A stretch of 57,300 nucleotides of DNA from a virus (Duplodnaviria > Caudoviricetes). The DNA lies in IMG/VR virus record IMGVR_UViG_3300017766_003164, positions 1-57,300 of that record. One strand, 5' to 3'. The stretch's first letter is position 1, and each line of letters begins with the position of its first letter. Positions 1-8,906 of this stretch are shown here, in pieces. The notes under the pieces are model-generated. The model saw nothing but the letters and a program-made list of their open reading frames with translations, was not told the DNA's origin and ran no database searches. The position numbers and the translations under genes were made by a program.

Positions 1-1
1 A

Positions 2-343
2 TATTCTTTTGCAATTGCAATGCCCGGAGATACCGGTGGCGGGTTTACCATATCACATGGTAGAAGTCATGTAGCAGGGCAATTGTCTTATTTGCGGGTA
101 CTGCGTACGGCAGGGGAAGCAATACTCGACTTTTGTGCCCAACATGCTCCTAGCTCCATCGATGTTACTGGGTATGACATAGAAATGGGTAAAGACCTTC
201 AAAAGACACGTATATATCGCAGCCTGCTTCAAGCTAATGCTGCTAAATTAGCGGCGGCCGGTTATCGCATATTGGATCGCAGCGGAAAATTATATTTGGT
301 GGCGCAAGGTCGCTATGATGCAACGGGAATTGAAAATGATTAA
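2..343 (+). CDS. Hypothetical phage protein, 5'-truncated by the window edge; paralog of the next gene
   Basis: Frame is open from base 2 (YSFAIAMPG...). It aligns by eye with the next ORF (YLRVLRTAGEAILDFCAQHAP vs YLRLIRTVGDALLDFCAQHSP; both end DATG[IV]E). Confidence 0.75.
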   Translation, partial: YSFAIAMPGDTGGGFTISHGRSHVAGQLSYLRVLRTAGEAILDFCAQHAPSSIDVTGYDIEMGKDLQKTRIYRSLLQANAAKLAAAGYRILDRSGKLYLVAQGRYDATGIEND

Positions 344-854
344 ATTACGCAACATACTAACGGAAATCACATTAGGGTCTATTAAACCCTATGCAACACA
401 ATGTGTGTGGAAAGACGATTTTTACCTGGGACAAACATATTATGAGTCTGGATTCTCGGCTGAGGGTCAACCCGTAACAATGACTTTAAGTCCCATACGC
501 GCGGCGGATGGAGAACGAGAATATATATTCGTATTTACAACGCAGAATCGTTGGGGCATGCAATCTTATTCACATGACTCTTCTGTGGCACGTGGACACA
601 TAGATTATCTACGGCTAATACGTACTGTCGGAGATGCCCTGCTAGATTTTTGTGCCCAACATTCTCCCGATGCTATAGATGTATCGGGCGGAGATGCTGA
701 TGTGGCCGCGAAACAAAAAAAGAATCGCATATATGCTGCATTTTTACGAGACAATGCTACTCGTTTGGCGACAGCGGGGTATACGAGTCTAATGCGCGGA
801 GACAGTCTTTGGATAGTACGAAAATCCAATGCTGATGCAACGGGTGTTGAATAA
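336..854 (+). CDS. Hypothetical protein with MIKLxxILxE leader (putative head-packaged protein)
   Basis: ORF 315..854. ATG at 336 gives MIKLRNILTE, matching a leader shared by many genes here. Tandem paralog of the upstream gene. Confidence 0.75.
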   Translation: MIKLRNILTEITLGSIKPYATQCVWKDDFYLGQTYYESGFSAEGQPVTMTLSPIRAADGEREYIFVFTTQNRWGMQSYSHDSSVARGHIDYLRLIRTVGDALLDFCAQHSPDAIDVSGGDADVAAKQKKNRIYAAFLRDNATRLATAGYTSLMRGDSLWIVRKSNADATGVE

Positions 855-864
855 TGTGCGGACA

Positions 865-900
865 TGTGCGGGCCTGGAAATGATTTGTGCGGGCCTGGAA
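865..900. repeat. 15-bp direct repeat TGTGCGGGCCTGGAA x2 with a partial third copy
   Basis: Exact copies at 865-879 and 886-900; TGTGCGG also at 855. Lies at the GC-rich to AT-rich transition. Confidence 0.85.
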
Positions 901-937
901 GGTCGCACTAACGTTCTAAATGATTTACAAACGTACT

Positions 938-945
938 ATATTTAT
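938..945 (+). promoter_or_regulatory. ATATTTAT box, putative late promoter
   Basis: One of 22 oriented copies found just upstream of starts; precedes ATG 966. Confidence 0.65.
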
Positions 946-965
946 AATAAATTTTAGGAAAAGAA

Positions 966-1487
966 ATGGGACTTAAATTAAAAGCACTTTTAGAAGGATA
1001 TGCGTGGGAACGTAAGGCAGATGGATCTTTGCCTACCCTTAAGGATGCAATAGCAACACACGCAGCCAATATAGCCGAAACAGAATATAAATATGCTGGA
1101 CGCAAAGTGACTATTGATAAAAATGGTACTGAAGATCAAACTAAGTGGAAAGTAAAATTTACGGATTCTGATAAAACTGTTGATTATGTAGATGCCGTTG
1201 CTAACATTACACCTAGACCAAAAATGAATGAACCTAGATGGCAGGATAATGATGGTGATGGTAAATGGTATGAACCAGGCGATGATGTAAAAGAAATCAC
1301 CGAAGGTCATAATGATCACAGCATATTAGATATGATTTCAGAAGCTGAAAACATTGTGCAAAATTTACGTCGCAACATGGCTACTAATAGTGTATTGCAA
1401 CGTCAAGAGAAAATGGGTTATCTTAAAGCTTATGATGAATTGTTAGACATACTTAGTGATATTGGCGTATCAGCAGAAATGGAATAA
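966..1487 (+). CDS. Hypothetical protein, putative head-packaged
   Basis: 173-aa ORF; leader MGLKLKALLE; DNDGDG (DxDxDG-like) motif; ATATTTAT box and AGGA upstream. Confidence 0.75.
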   Translation: MGLKLKALLEGYAWERKADGSLPTLKDAIATHAANIAETEYKYAGRKVTIDKNGTEDQTKWKVKFTDSDKTVDYVDAVANITPRPKMNEPRWQDNDGDGKWYEPGDDVKEITEGHNDHSILDMISEAENIVQNLRRNMATNSVLQRQEKMGYLKAYDELLDILSDIGVSAEME

Positions 1488-1488
1488 C

Positions 1489-1806
1489 ATGTTTAAACTT
1501 AAATCTTTAATTGTTGAACAAACGGACCGTGCTGATTTAGTTGCATTACAAACTATCTTAAATCAACAGCAGGATATTTTTATGCAAACTCTTAATAAAT
1601 TAGAATCGATTGATTATTCTACTATTACGGATGAAGCTGCAGAGACATTAACAGTTAATGCAAAAATATTATGCCAAGTATACGTTGAATATTGTAAAAA
1701 TACTGAAAGTACTATAAAACAATATCCAGATGAATCCGTAGAAACAATTGTAGATGAAAATGCTAATACGTTGCTGCAAAGAATCGATAATGAATTAATA
1801 CGTTAA
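1489..1806 (+). CDS. Hypothetical protein with MFKLKSLIVE leader
   Basis: ATG at 1489 follows the previous stop directly; carries the shared leader motif. Confidence 0.75.
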   Translation: MFKLKSLIVEQTDRADLVALQTILNQQQDIFMQTLNKLESIDYSTITDEAAETLTVNAKILCQVYVEYCKNTESTIKQYPDESVETIVDENANTLLQRIDNELIR

Positions 1807-1810
1807 ATAT

Positions 1811-2026
1811 ATGATTAGTCTTAAAGATTTATTGGAATCAACTTTTGATTCTTTAGCATATGAAGTTGATCCGGAAGATTTAACAGATCCAGGACCGCTA
1901 ACTTTATATGCTCCAGAAGAAGTTCCTAATAAACCAGTAAGTGATATTATGACGACTCCCGAAGCAGATGATTTTGTAGTTGCTTTGCGAATGGAGATGA
2001 AACGTATTAAAACCAAAAATATTTAA
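1811..2026 (+). CDS. Small hypothetical protein with MISLKDLLE leader
   Basis: 71-aa ORF, operon-like spacing, shared leader. Confidence 0.7.
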   Translation: MISLKDLLESTFDSLAYEVDPEDLTDPGPLTLYAPEEVPNKPVSDIMTTPEADDFVVALRMEMKRIKTKNI

Positions 2027-2070
2027 GATGCCTGCTACCTTAGGCAATACGTTTTGAGGTGAACGTATAG

Positions 2071-2099
2071 AGTGCTAGCAGAAATGTTAGCACTTTTTT
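2071..2099 (+). terminator. Intrinsic terminator
   Basis: AGTGCTAGCA-GAAA-TGTTAGCACT stem-loop followed by a T run. Confidence 0.85.
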
Positions 2100-2130
2100 A
2101 CTGTTTTGTAAAACTTTTCTAGAAAAAGAT

Positions 2131-2159
2131 TAGGATCGTATTGATTTATTTCTTATCTT
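2131..2159 (+). promoter_or_regulatory. Putative early (host-sigma) promoter
   Basis: TAGGA-N18-TATCTT; same spacing as nine other sites. Confidence 0.5.
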
Positions 2160-2187
2160 TATATTATTAATTAAAAAAATAAGAGTT

Positions 2188-2661
2188 ATGAGAAAATCAG
2201 TTAAATTGCAAGATGTTCAACCGAACAAACGTTATCGATTACATATAATTGATACATTAGCACCAAAAAACAGTAGTATTCTTAGAAAAGAAACAGCTTT
2301 TGGTAACATGTTAGGTAGTAATGTATTAAAGAACTTAAAAGACAATCCTGAATGGAAGATTAAATTGTTAGAAGAACAATATTTAGAAATTGAAATTGAA
2401 ACTTCGGAAGAATTAGTTAATTTATATCACCAAACGAATAATTTGATAGAAACATATCAATTGATGGCGCAACAAATTCGCAAGGAAATGTTAGCTAAGC
2501 CAGCTGGATATATGGGACATGTTAATGGAGGATATTGTGATGAATTAAATAATTTAGCCAATTCAATAGAATCTTGTTGTAGGTATTTAATAAAAGTATC
2601 TTATTTATACGCACAAACTATTAATGTTGAACCGAAACATGTACCAGAACGTTGGTGGTAG
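2188..2661 (+). CDS. Hypothetical protein (stand-alone early-type transcription unit)
   Basis: 157-aa ORF between a promoter-like site and a terminator; A-rich leader. Confidence 0.75.
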   Translation: MRKSVKLQDVQPNKRYRLHIIDTLAPKNSSILRKETAFGNMLGSNVLKNLKDNPEWKIKLLEEQYLEIEIETSEELVNLYHQTNNLIETYQLMAQQIRKEMLAKPAGYMGHVNGGYCDELNNLANSIESCCRYLIKVSYLYAQTINVEPKHVPERWW

Positions 2662-2681
2662 TATTAAATTAATATATCTAT

Positions 2682-2707
2682 AAGTCCCCATTTACGGGGG
2701 CTTTTTT
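2682..2707 (+). terminator. Intrinsic terminator
   Basis: AAGTCCCC-ATTTAC-GGGGGCTT stem followed by a T run. Confidence 0.8.
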
Positions 2708-2728
2708 ACTATTCGCATATTTATTAAT

Positions 2729-2827
2729 ATGAAGAAGATATTTGCATTTCTAGTAGGTTGCGTTGCAACAATCATACTAGCACATTACGCATTTTATGAA
2801 ATGTTATTTACCAAGGATAATAAATGA
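2729..2827 (+). CDS. Putative 32-aa membrane peptide (not in ORF track)
   Basis: MKKIFAFLVGCVATIILAHYAFYEMLFTKDNK; its stop overlaps the ferritin start (ATGA); ATATTTAT box at 2717-2724. Confidence 0.45.
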   Translation: MKKIFAFLVGCVATIILAHYAFYEMLFTKDNK

Positions 2828-3327
2828 GTACACCAATAAAAACTCCAAAATCATTAGCAGATTCAACCGTTAAAATTTTAACAGATAGACTGCGTGATGA
2901 ATACACAGCACATTACTTTTACCGCAACGCTACGAATTGGTGTGCAGGTATTGGATATTTGAAAGCGGCTACATTCTTTGCACAAGAAGCTGAAAATGAA
3001 TTAGAGCATGCAAAGGGTCTGCAAAAGTATTTAGTGGATTGGAATGTGATGCCTTTATTGCCTTCAATTAAACCAAACATTACATTTACGGATCTTGTTG
3101 ATATTATCAATAAAGCGTATGCATTAGAATATTCATTGTTTGAATCATATATGGCAGACTCTAAAGAATTATTTGTGTCAGACCTTAGTACATTTGATTT
3201 TTTAACAACATACCGTACGGGTCAGACCGAATCGGTAATTGAATATTCAGATTTACTTAATGCAGCAATGCTAGTAAATACAGAAAATAAATTTGAAGTA
3301 TTATATTTTGAACAAACTTATTTTTAA
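2824..3327 (+). CDS. Ferritin-like protein
   Basis: Ferritin pattern: DEYTAHYFY...FFAQEAENELEHAKGLQKYL...AYALE...QTES; 167 aa. Confidence 0.85.
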   Translation: MSTPIKTPKSLADSTVKILTDRLRDEYTAHYFYRNATNWCAGIGYLKAATFFAQEAENELEHAKGLQKYLVDWNVMPLLPSIKPNITFTDLVDIINKAYALEYSLFESYMADSKELFVSDLSTFDFLTTYRTGQTESVIEYSDLLNAAMLVNTENKFEVLYFEQTYF

Positions 3328-3335
3328 GGTGTGAG

Positions 3336-3482
3336 ATGGCAGCAAAAGCAAAAGGAAATACCGTAAGTGTACATGTTAAACGTCCAAAAGTAAAGCGTCC
3401 AGGCGTGCACGCTAAAAGCAAATCAAGCAAAAATAAAACAAGTAAAAATTACGTTAAATCGTATGTGGCTCAAGGAAAATGA
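3336..3482 (+). CDS. 48-aa highly basic protein (not in ORF track)
   Basis: MAAKAKGNTVSVHVKRPKVKRPGVHAKSKSSKNKTSKNYVKSYVAQGK; fills the gap exactly, AAGG upstream, ATGA overlap with the next gene. Confidence 0.75.
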   Translation: MAAKAKGNTVSVHVKRPKVKRPGVHAKSKSSKNKTSKNYVKSYVAQGK

Positions 3483-5275
3483 TACGTTTAAAATACATAC
3501 TTCTAGAATCAAAGCAGATACCTAATGTTTTGTTTATTAGCGATAATGGTGTTGATAAATCTAAAGGATATGCACGGAAATTAATTGCTAGCGGCATTGT
3601 TACTGGTGAGGTTTATACTGCAGATCAACAACCAGCTGACGAATTAGTTCCATTGGTATATTACAATTTAGCATCCGGATATTATGATGCTGTAGTAATT
3701 CAATGTAGCGGATTGTACGATGATGATGAAGAAATAATATTAGAAAAATTTCAATTAATTGTTGATATTTGTAAACGCAAACAAATAGAACCTATTTTTA
3801 TTACATTGCCGACAGATCGATTTATTACGGATGATAAATATACTCGTATTAATATTGTTAAAATTAATTCTTGGATCAAATCAACTACAACATATGTAGA
3901 TTTGTCAAAAATTAACGACGATGTTTATTTTACGCGTGATGGTAAACGGCTAAATAAACAAGGTAATGCTGTAATATATAATCAGTTAAAACGTATATTT
4001 GCTGCATATGAAGATGAAACTACAGATTTACCAGTAGAAACTGAAACTGATCCTAGACAATTACAAAAAGTACAACGTGCATTAAATAAATTAGGTTATA
4101 CAATTGATCCAAAAGAATTAAAACTTGTCAAATCAGGAAAATCTACTGAAAAAGCAATTGAAGAATTTCAATTAAAAAATAGTTTAACTCCAACTGGAGA
4201 ATTAAATAAACAAACACTAACTAAATTATTTTCTTTAAATGCAATTGCAGCAATCGCAATTGATGAACCAAAAGCGATAGAAAAAGTTAAAAAACAATTT
4301 GGATATACCGGCGAAAATACAGATGCAATGGAAGTTATGCAATACTTAGTAGATAAAGGATTATCTGTAGCTGGTGCAGCTGGTATTGCTGGTAACATGA
4401 AAGTTGAATCTAATTTTAAAACTGATGCTGAAGGCGATAATGGAACCTCAATCGGTTTAGTTCAATGGCACGCATCAAACAAAGAAGCATTATTTTCTTG
4501 GTGTGAAAATAAAAAATTAGATCCTTTATCATATGAAGCACAGATGGCATTTTTATGGTTTGAATTACAAACTAAATTTAAAAGCTTGTTAGCATATTTA
4601 CGAACTACAGAAGATCCTAGAGATGCAGGATATCGTTTTGCAGATGATTTTGAAAATCCAGCAGTTATTAGTTCAAAACGAATGGATTATGCAGAAAAAT
4701 TTTTTAATGAATATAATGAAGCTAGTGGAAATACTGGAGAAGATGCTGTTGGTCAGCCGATTGGTACATTAAAATCAATTTGGAATAATGTAAAAACTGC
4801 AACTGCAGTAGGTGGTGTAATGACAGCTGCAGCATTAACAGATTATTTCGGAGAAGGCTCTGGAAAATTACCTGGCGCTTCTAGTGGGGGTGATAATGGC
4901 GATTGGGGAGGAAGCTTATCTAAATTAATTTCAATATTGCCGGCCGGTACCTGGCCAGGAACACATAAACGAGCTAGAAAAACTTCAAAAGGCGGCGGCA
5001 TATCTGACCATTACGTAGGAAGAACAGATTCATATGCTGTCGATTTTATGCTCGATAAAACATTTAAAGGTGATAAAACAGCTGCTACTAATTTTGCAAT
5101 TGCACTTGCGCAAAACGCCGGCAAAAATATTACATCATGGAAACCATATATCAATTCGTATTTAAACATATTTACGCCAGATGGATATCGTGTTCAAATA
5201 ATTTGGTTGTCAATGGTCGGTGGTAATCATTATGATCATGTACATGTAGGTGTAAGAAAACAAAATAAAAAATAA
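3479..5275 (+). CDS. Multidomain cell-wall hydrolase: degenerate SGNH-like, peptidoglycan-binding, phage tail lysozyme-type and Zn-peptidase-like domains
   Basis: PG-binding VQRALNKLGY...TEKAIEEFQLKNSLTPTG; lysozyme GAAGIAGNMKVESNF...SIGLVQW...FENP; C-terminal SDH...AVDF...HYDHVHVG; leader MIRLKYILLE. Confidence 0.8.
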   Translation: MIRLKYILLESKQIPNVLFISDNGVDKSKGYARKLIASGIVTGEVYTADQQPADELVPLVYYNLASGYYDAVVIQCSGLYDDDEEIILEKFQLIVDICKRKQIEPIFITLPTDRFITDDKYTRINIVKINSWIKSTTTYVDLSKINDDVYFTRDGKRLNKQGNAVIYNQLKRIFAAYEDETTDLPVETETDPRQLQKVQRALNKLGYTIDPKELKLVKSGKSTEKAIEEFQLKNSLTPTGELNKQTLTKLFSLNAIAAIAIDEPKAIEKVKKQFGYTGENTDAMEVMQYLVDKGLSVAGAAGIAGNMKVESNFKTDAEGDNGTSIGLVQWHASNKEALFSWCENKKLDPLSYEAQMAFLWFELQTKFKSLLAYLRTTEDPRDAGYRFADDFENPAVISSKRMDYAEKFFNEYNEASGNTGEDAVGQPIGTLKSIWNNVKTATAVGGVMTAAALTDYFGEGSGKLPGASSGGDNGDWGGSLSKLISILPAGTWPGTHKRARKTSKGGGISDHYVGRTDSYAVDFMLDKTFKGDKTAATNFAIALAQNAGKNITSWKPYINSYLNIFTPDGYRVQIIWLSMVGGNHYDHVHVGVRKQNKK

Positions 5276-5306
5276 AGATATATTTATATAAAAATTGGAA
5301 TAAATC

Positions 5307-5855
5307 ATGAAAATATTTGATCATAAAAATCCTAGACATTTACAAATTCTTAAAGAAGAATTAGCACGTGCTAAAAAAATACTAAATGAAGTATATTCTG
5401 CAGATCGAGTTTGGGATGCAATGTCTGAAGAAGAACAAGAAGAAGCACTAATGGCAACAGCGGATGACGAAGGTCCAGATCTGGCTGATAAATGGACGGG
5501 TGCTAAATGGGATGAAATTCCATCTGATTTACAAGATATGATTAATCTAAGTGATTATGAATTAGCAATTGATGATAAATTTGGACGTTCTTTATTACGA
5601 GGAATTAAAAATGCATTACAATCGAATCCCACTGCAAAAACATTTGTTGACAAATTTTTACGAGCAGTCAATCGAACATCAGTTGAAAATTTAACAGTTA
5701 ATCAAGTAACTAAACTGAATACAGGTCTTTATCAATTTTTAAGTCAAAGTAGTCCCGGGACACAATCTACTCCAACTTATAATCCGCGAGAAATACCTAG
5801 CGGTGCACCTAGTAAAAATAGAGATTGGCGCGGCGGTGAGTGGACTGGTGATTAA
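5307..5855 (+). CDS. Hypothetical protein
   Basis: 182-aa ORF after an ATATTTAT box at 5280-5287. Confidence 0.8.
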   Translation: MKIFDHKNPRHLQILKEELARAKKILNEVYSADRVWDAMSEEEQEEALMATADDEGPDLADKWTGAKWDEIPSDLQDMINLSDYELAIDDKFGRSLLRGIKNALQSNPTAKTFVDKFLRAVNRTSVENLTVNQVTKLNTGLYQFLSQSSPGTQSTPTYNPREIPSGAPSKNRDWRGGEWTGD

Positions 5856-6046
5856 TGGCAAATACAGAATTCATAATGATAACGATTATACATCATGATG
5901 TAGAAACTATTCGTTATGTTAATAGAAATTCTGTAGTACAAGTATTTGAAAAAAATGATAAAATTTTCATAGAACTTTCGGGATATGAAACATTGCAAGT
6001 AAAAGCCCAAAACATACATGAATTTATGGATCGTTTTATCAAGTAA
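5855..6046 (+). CDS. Small hypothetical protein
   Basis: 63-aa ORF coupled to the upstream gene (TAATG). Confidence 0.7.
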   Translation: MANTEFIMITIIHHDVETIRYVNRNSVVQVFEKNDKIFIELSGYETLQVKAQNIHEFMDRFIK

Positions 6047-6075
6047 CATATTTATAATAAATAAAAAAGGTTAAT

Positions 6076-6261
6076 ATGACATCACAAGAACTTTTCGCAG
6101 AAATGGAATCGCACTGGTTATCTTTCAAAGAAAATCACGAACGTTTTCAAGAAAAACAAGTTAAAGCAGCCGGCGTTAGAGCTCGCAAATCAATCAATGA
6201 ATTAAAAAAATTAACAAGTAAATATCGTTCAACACAATTGGCAGAATCCAAATCAGAATGA
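6076..6261 (+). CDS. Histone H1-like (Hc1-type) small DNA-binding protein
   Basis: Motif KAAGVRARKSINELKK resembles the Hc1-like family; ATATTTAT box at 6048-6055. Confidence 0.75.
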   Translation: MTSQELFAEMESHWLSFKENHERFQEKQVKAAGVRARKSINELKKLTSKYRSTQLAESKSE

Positions 6262-7088
6262 AATTAAACGCAGAACATATTGCAATTAAAACTTTACACA
6301 AAATGTTAGCAGAGCAAGGAGAACCTGCTGCAGCTGGTGCCAGTGCCGTCGAAACGGATAATGCTGATTCAGATGCTACCGATTCTCCTTTTACTCCTGC
6401 AGAAAAAAGATTTTTAGGTAAATTTGATGCATATGGGACTAACCATTTAGGTATCATTTATTCCGTATCTGATATAGGTATTAGAGAATTCATGGCACGA
6501 AGTGGAAAAGAATTTAATGTCACCCCGGAGATTCTAATTAAATTGTTACGAGATAAAATCATCAAACTAGTTCCATATACAGGTTTTGGACGCAATAATG
6601 ATTATACAATTGAATTACAATTATCATTAGATGATGTTAAAGGATTAGGTGACGAAGATAAATCAAAAGCCGAAAAGGGATCTTCAGCATCAGGTGCACC
6701 TGCAGGAGGAGGTGCAGCAGGAGCAATGCCAGAAATGCCACCACCAGCACCAGAAGTTGCATGGGTAGTAAAATATGGAGATATTCTTAAAGAATCAGTA
6801 GTTGTTGCAAAAACAATATTAACTGAAAAGAAGAACTTATCTTCTACAATTTATGCAAAACAATCTAGAATGTTAAAATCATTACCTAGAGACTTCATTA
6901 AACATTTAGAACAAGTTATATCAAAAATATCTAGAAAAAAATATACTAAATCAGAAAAGCAACGTTTGATTGCAGACATTTTAGATAACTTATCTATTAA
7001 TTTAGAATTAGATTCTAAACAGATTGGTAAATCATATGAAATGTTCAAGAAACAAGGCAAACTTAACAAGTTATTAGACGAAAAATAA
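6258..7088 (+). CDS. Hypothetical protein with Ala/Gly/Pro linker
   Basis: 276-aa ORF, ATGA overlap with the upstream gene. Confidence 0.8.
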   Translation: MKLNAEHIAIKTLHKMLAEQGEPAAAGASAVETDNADSDATDSPFTPAEKRFLGKFDAYGTNHLGIIYSVSDIGIREFMARSGKEFNVTPEILIKLLRDKIIKLVPYTGFGRNNDYTIELQLSLDDVKGLGDEDKSKAEKGSSASGAPAGGGAAGAMPEMPPPAPEVAWVVKYGDILKESVVVAKTILTEKKNLSSTIYAKQSRMLKSLPRDFIKHLEQVISKISRKKYTKSEKQRLIADILDNLSINLELDSKQIGKSYEMFKKQGKLNKLLDEK

Positions 7089-7089
7089 C

Positions 7090-7118
7090 TTTGATTTAAC
7101 AATAATTTTTCATATTAT
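7090..7118 (+). promoter_or_regulatory. Putative early (host-sigma) promoter
   Basis: TTTGA-N18-TATTAT. Confidence 0.55.
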
Positions 7119-7154
7119 ACGTATATAAGTTATAAATTAATTAAAAACAAAAAA

Positions 7155-7364
7155 ATGGCGTATTACACAGCAAAAGTCCAGCTCATCGATGTTATCGATA
7201 CACCAAAAGGACAGAAAGAAAAGCGAGTTACGGAGACGTATTTAGTTGAAGCATTGTCAGTCACTGAAGCAGAAGCTAAAGTTATTCAAGATTTTAAAGG
7301 ATATACCTTTGATTTTGAAGTAAAATCCGTTGGAGCAAGTAAAATCATTAAAATTATCGAATAA
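7155..7364 (+). CDS. DUF4494-like protein
   Basis: KRVTETYLVEALSVTEAEAKV...FEVKSV pattern of a family typical of Bacteroidota. Confidence 0.75.
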   Translation: MAYYTAKVQLIDVIDTPKGQKEKRVTETYLVEALSVTEAEAKVIQDFKGYTFDFEVKSVGASKIIKIIE

Positions 7365-7639
7365 TGACATTCAAAATTGGAGAAACAGTTATCGTTACCG
7401 AGGGTGATGTTAACCAAGTTGGTGTGGTTTTAGATAAATTTGTAGTATCTAAGCGTGTTGTATATGATGTCTTATTAGAAAGTCGATCTGCGGTATGTAT
7501 GATCGGCACAAAGGCAACTGATTCAGCTTATATCAATCCATATTTATCCGGATTATTATGTCATTCTGGTATGATTGAGACAACAATTCCATATAAACAT
7601 ATGTTAGACAATGATTTATTACCAATAACTAAATCATAA
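7364..7639 (+). CDS. Hypothetical protein (SH3/KOW-like N-terminus)
   Basis: FKIGETVIV...GVV; coupled by TAATG. Confidence 0.7.
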   Translation: MTFKIGETVIVTEGDVNQVGVVLDKFVVSKRVVYDVLLESRSAVCMIGTKATDSAYINPYLSGLLCHSGMIETTIPYKHMLDNDLLPITKS

Positions 7640-7640
7640 C

Positions 7641-8303
7641 ATGGAAAAGCAGGAATTACAAGAAACAATTCTAAAAAATCTAACATATACCGACGAAGAA
7701 ATGAAACGTTGGGATGCATTAGAAGCCGCCGATCCGGATTATATGATGTATAGTCCGCATCCGGTAGGATATAATACTACAGCGGAACAACGTTTTTTAA
7801 TGCAAAATCTTTTAGTAGGATTTGCTGGAGGAAGTTTGCTTGATATAGGTTGTGGTAGATGTGATTTATACAATGTAGCACAAGAATTTGCATCATTGAA
7901 TAATGATATCGTTGCATATAATGGCATTGATCATAATCCTATAATGACTCAATTAGGAGAAAAGAAATGGGGCTTAACAGATGTCATGGTAGGTGCATTC
8001 GAAACGGCAAAATTACAGCCACATGAATGGGTAGTTGCATCTGGCATATTTACAGAACGCAGATGTGAAACAGAAAATGAAGATTTAATCAAATTAATAG
8101 ACAACATTGATATTCTTTATAATGCAGCTACTCAAATCGTTTCATTTAATTTATTGAATCCAATAAACACCACACATCATCAAGGATTCTTTTATGTTCA
8201 TCCTGGACTTATTCTTGATATGTTAATTGAAAAATATCGTTATGTTAATTTACGTAACAATTATTCACCCGATGTATATACAATAACAATTTACAAATAT
8301 TAA
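7641..8303 (+). CDS. Class I SAM-dependent methyltransferase
   Basis: Motif I SLLDIGCGRCDL, YNGID, VVASGIF. Confidence 0.8.
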   Translation: MEKQELQETILKNLTYTDEEMKRWDALEAADPDYMMYSPHPVGYNTTAEQRFLMQNLLVGFAGGSLLDIGCGRCDLYNVAQEFASLNNDIVAYNGIDHNPIMTQLGEKKWGLTDVMVGAFETAKLQPHEWVVASGIFTERRCETENEDLIKLIDNIDILYNAATQIVSFNLLNPINTTHHQGFFYVHPGLILDMLIEKYRYVNLRNNYSPDVYTITIYKY

Positions 8304-8305
8304 TT

Positions 8306-8698
8306 ATGACACACAGCATTAACCAACCATGGGCAATTAGCGATAAATTCCGCGGACGATATGGTGACGTATGGGCAGATTTAGATTTTGTTTTTAATGA
8401 CAAAATTTCTGCAGAAGTATTTAAAGAAGATCCAATGAATACAGAAATTGGATGTTTAGAAATTTTTAATCAACGAATCAAACTTCGTTATAAAGATTTA
8501 ATTAGATTATCAAAATCAATGAATGAAATGTATGCGAAAGCTGTTTCAGAAAAACCTGCAAAGGATTATGCATTCAATGTAGAAATTAAATCATATGCTT
8601 TTTCATTGCGTAAACATGAAATTGGCAGATTAGCAGAAACAATTTCGGAGGCAGAGGCAGTTACGCTTCGTAGTTACGAATTAGGTTTATATTTATAA
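8306..8698 (+). CDS. Hypothetical protein
   Basis: 130-aa ORF in a tight operon. Confidence 0.75.
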   Translation: MTHSINQPWAISDKFRGRYGDVWADLDFVFNDKISAEVFKEDPMNTEIGCLEIFNQRIKLRYKDLIRLSKSMNEMYAKAVSEKPAKDYAFNVEIKSYAFSLRKHEIGRLAETISEAEAVTLRSYELGLYL

Positions 8699-8705
8699 TA
8701 AATAA

Positions 8706-8906
8706 ATGGTAGGCCATATGAGTGCTACTTACATATATTATTATAAAGCTGATTCTAGTTGTGAGCCAATTGGAAGAGTAAATGCTGATGATGCAGATGA
8801 TGCAATTGATCAAATAGCTATTATAAAACAATTGTCTCGAGATTCAATTGAATCAATATTCGTAATTGAACAAGTAAAGGGAGGTAGAGATGAAAACGAT
8901 ATTTGA
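8706..8906 (+). CDS. Small hypothetical protein
   Basis: 66-aa ORF; ATATTTAT at 8689-8696; start could be the second Met (8718). Confidence 0.65.
   Translation: MVGHMSATYIYYYKADSSCEPIGRVNADDADDAIDQIAIIKQLSRDSIESIFVIEQVKGGRDENDI

Noticed and set aside
855-900. Repeats as a mini CRISPR array
   Set aside because: Only two 15-bp copies 6 nt apart, no spacer-sized unique sequence and no cas genes in the window.
2029-2099. tRNA or tracrRNA
   Set aside because: No acceptor stem or T-loop consensus, and no anti-repeat or Cas gene; kept only as a generic structured element.
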